Source: Alphaproteobacteria bacterium (lineage in GTDB: Bacteria; Pseudomonadota; Alphaproteobacteria; RF32; CAG-239). Taken from it: a DNA stretch of 64,000 bases. Location of the stretch: NCBI GenBank assembly GCA_017445475.1, contig JAFSUB010000005.1:20124-84123 (forward strand), read 5' to 3'. Both the position numbers and the translations under genes were made by a program. Shown in pieces: positions 60,062 to 64,000 of the stretch (within the stretch, counting starts at the first letter, position 1; every line of letters begins with the position of its first letter). The notes under the pieces are model-generated. The model saw only the letters and a list, made by a program, of their open reading frames with translations. It ran no database searches and was not told the origin of the DNA.

Positions 60062-61424
60062 TTGAAACCCTTTCTTCATATTCGATTAAAACATTATTAT
60101 CTGTTTTTAAGTCTATGTTTTTACTTGTTTTTGCACCTTTGTCTTTAAGCTGATGCGCAAACGAAATTGCCCCGCCTCTGCCCGAAAGTTTTGTCATTGC
60201 GTTTTCATAGTGTTTGTGTGTTGTTTGAAGCGATTTATCAATCTGTTCCATATCTTTCACAAATCCCGCAAGCTTATCATATATCTTGCCGCCGATTTCG
60301 GCCAATTCGGCCGCGCTTTTGTTGCGCTTTTCTATTTGCCAAAGGTTTTCTACCGTGCGCAAAAGCGGCAACAGCGACGAGGGCGTCGTAATGGCAATGT
60401 TTTTCTTAACTGCATAATCATACAGGCTTAAATCTGACCGAACCGCCTCGACATAAGCGCTTTCAATGGGGATAAACATCATCACATAGTCAAGTGTTTG
60501 ATCTTTCAAAAGCTTCTGATATTCCTTACCGGAAAGCTCGTCGATGTGCTTTTTTATCGCATTGATATGCCGCTTTAAAGCCTCGCTACGCGCCGTTTCA
60601 TCTTCGGCATTCACATAAGCCACATAATCATTAAGCGAAACTTTGCTGTCAACAATAACCTGACGCTCATCAGGCAGACGGATAACCACATCGGGACGCA
60701 ACATTTCATTGTTTGCACCGCGAAAAGTTTCCTGCTCGAAATAGTTGATTCCTTTTTCAAGCCCCGAAATTTCAAGAATGCGCTCAAGCTGAAACTCGCC
60801 CCAGTTTCCTTGAATTTTTTTGTTTCCTTTCAATGCGTTGCTTAAATTAGTTGCTTCTTTACTTAAACTTTGATTCAAATCAAAAAGGCTTTTAATCTGC
60901 GCATCAAACTTGATTCTGTCATCATGGTTTTCTTCCATTTTCTTTTTAAGTTCGGCAAGCTTTCCTTCAAATGGTTTGAGAATCAAATCAAGCGCCGTCT
61001 TTTGATTTTCACCGAAAGCATTGTTCTGCGCCTTGATAATTTCGTTTGAAATGTCCTTAAACTTCAGGCTCATTTCCTCTTTGCTTTTTTCAATAAACGA
61101 AAGTTTTTCGGCCATATATTTTTCACGCAGCAGACAATCTGCCTTGAGGCGCTCGTTTTCTTTGACAAGCTCTCTGTTTTCGCAGGCAAGCTCGGCAAAC
61201 GCCTCCCTTTGAGCCGAAAGCTCATCTTCTTTAAGCCTGCGCCAAGCCTCATGTTCAACATCTTTTATTTGCAACATTTTGAGGCGGCGGTTTTGTTTGA
61301 CGTTCATACACAAAAACATCACCCAAAAGATGAAAAATAAAGCGCAACATATTGTAATTAAGACAAAAACATTTTCGTTTTTAGAGGCAAAAAATTCAAG
61401 CATATCTTTCTCCGTTGCGCTCAT
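60054..61424 (-). CDS. rmuC: DNA recombination protein RmuC (start at MSATEKDML preferred)
   Basis: N-terminal TM helix, long coiled coil. C-terminal RmuC nuclease-like region GNWGEFQLERILE...DVVIRLPDERQVIVDSK. Confidence 0.8.
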   Translation of the reverse strand: MSATEKDMLEFFASKNENVFVLITICCALFFIFWVMFLCMNVKQNRRLKMLQIKDVEHEAWRRLKEDELSAQREAFAELACENRELVKENERLKADCLLREKYMAEKLSFIEKSKEEMSLKFKDISNEIIKAQNNAFGENQKTALDLILKPFEGKLAELKKKMEENHDDRIKFDAQIKSLFDLNQSLSKEATNLSNALKGNKKIQGNWGEFQLERILEISGLEKGINYFEQETFRGANNEMLRPDVVIRLPDERQVIVDSKVSLNDYVAYVNAEDETARSEALKRHINAIKKHIDELSGKEYQKLLKDQTLDYVMMFIPIESAYVEAVRSDLSLYDYAVKKNIAITTPSSLLPLLRTVENLWQIEKRNKSAAELAEIGGKIYDKLAGFVKDMEQIDKSLQTTHKHYENAMTKLSGRGGAISFAHQLKDKGAKTSKNIDLKTDNNVLIEYEERVSNE

Positions 61425-61518
61425 TGTGGCACAGCCTTCATTGATTTTCAAGCAAATTAAAAATTTCTGAACATAAAAAATCCCCCTTTTAATTTGTTTC
61501 AAAAGAGGGCGTTGCGTA

Positions 61519-62736
61519 TTATTTTAATTTGTAGAAAGTTCCTTTCCCGACTTGAATAACCGAATCCGCCGTCAATTTTGGAACAGCCTGCAAATCAACA
61601 ATTCTCTCGCCGTCGATTTTAATCGCGCCTTGCATCAGCAATCTGCGAATTTCAGATTTTGACTTATATTTGCCGCTGTCCATTAAGGTGTTGACCAAAA
61701 TCTGCCCGTTATCTATACCTTCCGTTTTATCTATTGACAAGACAAGCGCATCATCGGGCGCTTTTTGCTGTTGATACGCCTTTTTAAAGTAATCCTCTGC
61801 TTTTAATGTTTCATCTTCCGAATGGTATAGTCTTGTAATTTCCGTCGCCAATTCCATTTTAATGTCCCTCGGGTTTTCACCCGAAAGCAAGCGCGCCTTG
61901 ATTTTTTCGACATCGTCCGGGTGAACGTCCGTTGCAAGCTCATAATATTTTATAATCATATTATCCGGAATTTTCATAACCTTTTCATACATCACATTGG
62001 CAGGTTCGTTAATGCCTATGTAGTTTCCAAGGCTTTTGCTCATTTTTTCAACGCCGTCGATTCCCTCAAGCAACGGCATAAACAAGGTTATTTGAGGATC
62101 TTGTCCGAAATCTTTTTGAATGTTACGCCCCATTAAAACATTAAATGTCTGGTCGGTTCCGCCCAGTTCAACATCTGCTCTCAAAGCCACCGAATCGTAT
62201 GCCTGCATCAAAGGATAAAAAAATTCGTGAACGGAAATGGGCTGATTGTTCGTGTATCTTTTATTGAAATCATCTCTTTCAAGCATTCTGGCAACCGTAA
62301 TTTTTGCAGCCAGCTCAATGACATCTTTAAAACCAAGCGAACTCAACCATTCACTATTAAAGCGCACAATCGTTTTATCGGGATTTAAAATTTTAAATAT
62401 CTGATTTTGATATGTTTGTGCATTTTCTTTAACTTGCTCAGGCGTTAATTGCTTTCTGGTTTTGCTTTTGCCCGTCGGATCGCCTATCATACCCGTAAAA
62501 TCACCGATAACGATTATGGCTTGATGTCCCAAGTCTTGCAATTGCTTAATTTTTCGCAAAACAACGGCGTGCCCCAAATGAATGTCCGGCGCAGAAGGAT
62601 CTAACCCGAGTTTTATTCTTAAAGGACGATTCTCCGTTTGCGCTTTTTGCAACTTTTGCATAATTTCAGACGTTTGTGTGTGATCGGCCACACCTTTAAG
62701 CATAATTTTCAATGTATCGGCAACATTTATTTGCAT
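61519..62736 (-). CDS. tyrS: tyrosine--tRNA ligase
   Basis: HIGH-like HLGH, KMSKS, C-terminal S4 domain. Terminator-like hairpin plus T-run on the minus strand at about 61470-61512. Confidence 0.95.
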   Translation of the reverse strand: MQINVADTLKIMLKGVADHTQTSEIMQKLQKAQTENRPLRIKLGLDPSAPDIHLGHAVVLRKIKQLQDLGHQAIIVIGDFTGMIGDPTGKSKTRKQLTPEQVKENAQTYQNQIFKILNPDKTIVRFNSEWLSSLGFKDVIELAAKITVARMLERDDFNKRYTNNQPISVHEFFYPLMQAYDSVALRADVELGGTDQTFNVLMGRNIQKDFGQDPQITLFMPLLEGIDGVEKMSKSLGNYIGINEPANVMYEKVMKIPDNMIIKYYELATDVHPDDVEKIKARLLSGENPRDIKMELATEITRLYHSEDETLKAEDYFKKAYQQQKAPDDALVLSIDKTEGIDNGQILVNTLMDSGKYKSKSEIRRLLMQGAIKIDGERIVDLQAVPKLTADSVIQVGKGTFYKLK

Positions 62737-62926
62737 TGATAAATTCCCTTCAAATGTTCACATAATTGCGAGAGCTTAACATATTTAAAACCATAGGACA
62801 AGCTTTTTGAAAAACAAATCAAAAACCTGAGCAAAAAAAATTTATGGAAAATGAACTTTTTTTGCGTTATCTTCGTTTATATTTTTGTTGCGCATATTTT
62901 ACAAAGGCTAAAAAGATGAAAAAATA

Positions 62927-64000
62927 TATGAAATGGTTTGTTGCCGCACTCGTTTTTGCTGCTCTTGTTTTTTATTTTTTTCAAGGAAATGAAAACAAGG
63001 CAGAGCTTGTAACATCCGAGGCTCGGCTCGGAAAAATCAGGCAAACGGTTACGGCATCGGGTGTGATTAACCCGCTTTCGACGGTTACAATCGGCACACA
63101 GGTTTCGGGCACCGTTAAAGAGATTTATGTTGACTATAACAGCCAAGTTCATGAAGGCCAGCTTTTGGCTTTAATTGATCCGGACGTTTTTGAGGCAACA
63201 GTTGCCCAGCGCGAAGCCGCCTTGGAAATTGCCAAAGCACAGGTTGATGTTCAGGAAAACGACATCATCTATTATGAAAAAGCCTTAAACCGTATTAAAA
63301 AGCTTAAAGATTCGAAATATTCAACCGACAAGGAGCTTGAGGCCGCCCAGCGCAACTTCGACAACGCCGTGGCGCAGCTCAAACTTCAAAAAGCGCAGGT
63401 CAAACAGGCAGAAGCTGCCCTAAAATCGGCCCAAACGGAACTCAAATATACAAAAATCACATCGCCTGTTGACGGAATTGTCATTTCAAAATCGGTTGAG
63501 GTCGGGCAAACCGTTGCGGCAAGCTTTTCAACCCCGGAGCTTTTTTCGGTTGCGGAAGATTTGAGCCAAATGGAAATTGAAGCCTCCGTTGTTGAGGCCG
63601 ACATTGCCAAAGTTGCCGTCGGGCAGCCTGTTCATTTCAGCGTTGACAGTTTCCCAAACGACACATTTTTGGGAACGGTTAAACAAGTTCGAAACAAGGC
63701 GCTGACAACATCAAACGTTGTTACATACAGTGTGATTATCGCCATCGACAACTCTGATTTGAAACTTAAACCCGGAATGACGGCCAATGTTGAAATTATT
63801 ACGGCTCAAAAAGAAAACGCACTTCTTGTGCCAAACGCCGCGCTTCGCTTCTATATGGACGACAACAAACGCTATCAGGAAAAAGGTATTTGGGTGCTCA
63901 AGAAAGGAAAGCCGCAAAGAATAGCCATTAAAGAGGGCATTTCGGACGATGAAAACACCGAGATTATGTCAGATGAAATATCAACGGGCGACAAAGTGAT
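62927..64000 (+). CDS. efflux transporter periplasmic adaptor subunit (HlyD/MacA-like), 3' end outside window
   Basis: N-terminal TM anchor. Coiled-coil hairpin. Lipoyl/beta-barrel motifs (ITSPVDGIV). Open to the window end. Confidence 0.75.

Noticed and set aside
61425-61502. N-terminal extension of rmuC (MKQIKRGIFYVQKFLICLKINEGCAT)
   Set aside because: Overlaps the tyrS terminator hairpin and T-run. The downstream Met precedes the expected TM helix.
62877-63152. 91-aa minus-strand ORF opposite the macA-like gene start
   Set aside because: Fully overlapped by a strongly supported plus-strand adaptor gene. No homology features.

Overview
64-kb window of a low-GC bacterial chromosome, about 40% GC, with alphaproteobacterial-type gene content and synteny. 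The markers are the atpG-atpD-atpC tail of the ATP synthase operon, CarD, secB-tim44-mltA-smr, rpoH, chpT, lolCD, dnaJ and holB-tmk. Most of the window is dense core housekeeping. Three regions stand out. (1) A complete diversity-generating retroelement (DGR) lies on the minus strand at 56.8-59.0 kb. It carries avd, a 110-nt template repeat (TR), a reverse transcriptase with the DGR 'LGNQTSQ' motif, and a 109-nt variable repeat (VR) at the 3' end of a small ORF. TR and VR differ at about 23 positions, all at TR adenines, plus one single-base deletion. That deletion sits at a TR-adenine position and separates the VR ORF from a downstream MoxR-like AAA+ ATPase / small protein / VWA-metallopeptidase-like operon (53.3-56.7 kb). 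Restoring the one missing base fuses the VR ORF in frame to the AAA+ ATPase. (2) A TraG/VirD4 type-IV coupling-protein gene (16.5-24.7 kb) sits with five uncharacterised membrane, coiled-coil and highly charged proteins. (3) A pyruvoyl-dependent arginine decarboxylase plus APC antiporter pair (aaxB/aaxC-like, 40.5-42.5 kb), two about 280-bp structured MITE-like direct repeats flanking a small gene (45.5-46.8 kb), and several smaller regulatory palindromes and terminators. No rRNA, tRNA or CRISPR arrays were found.
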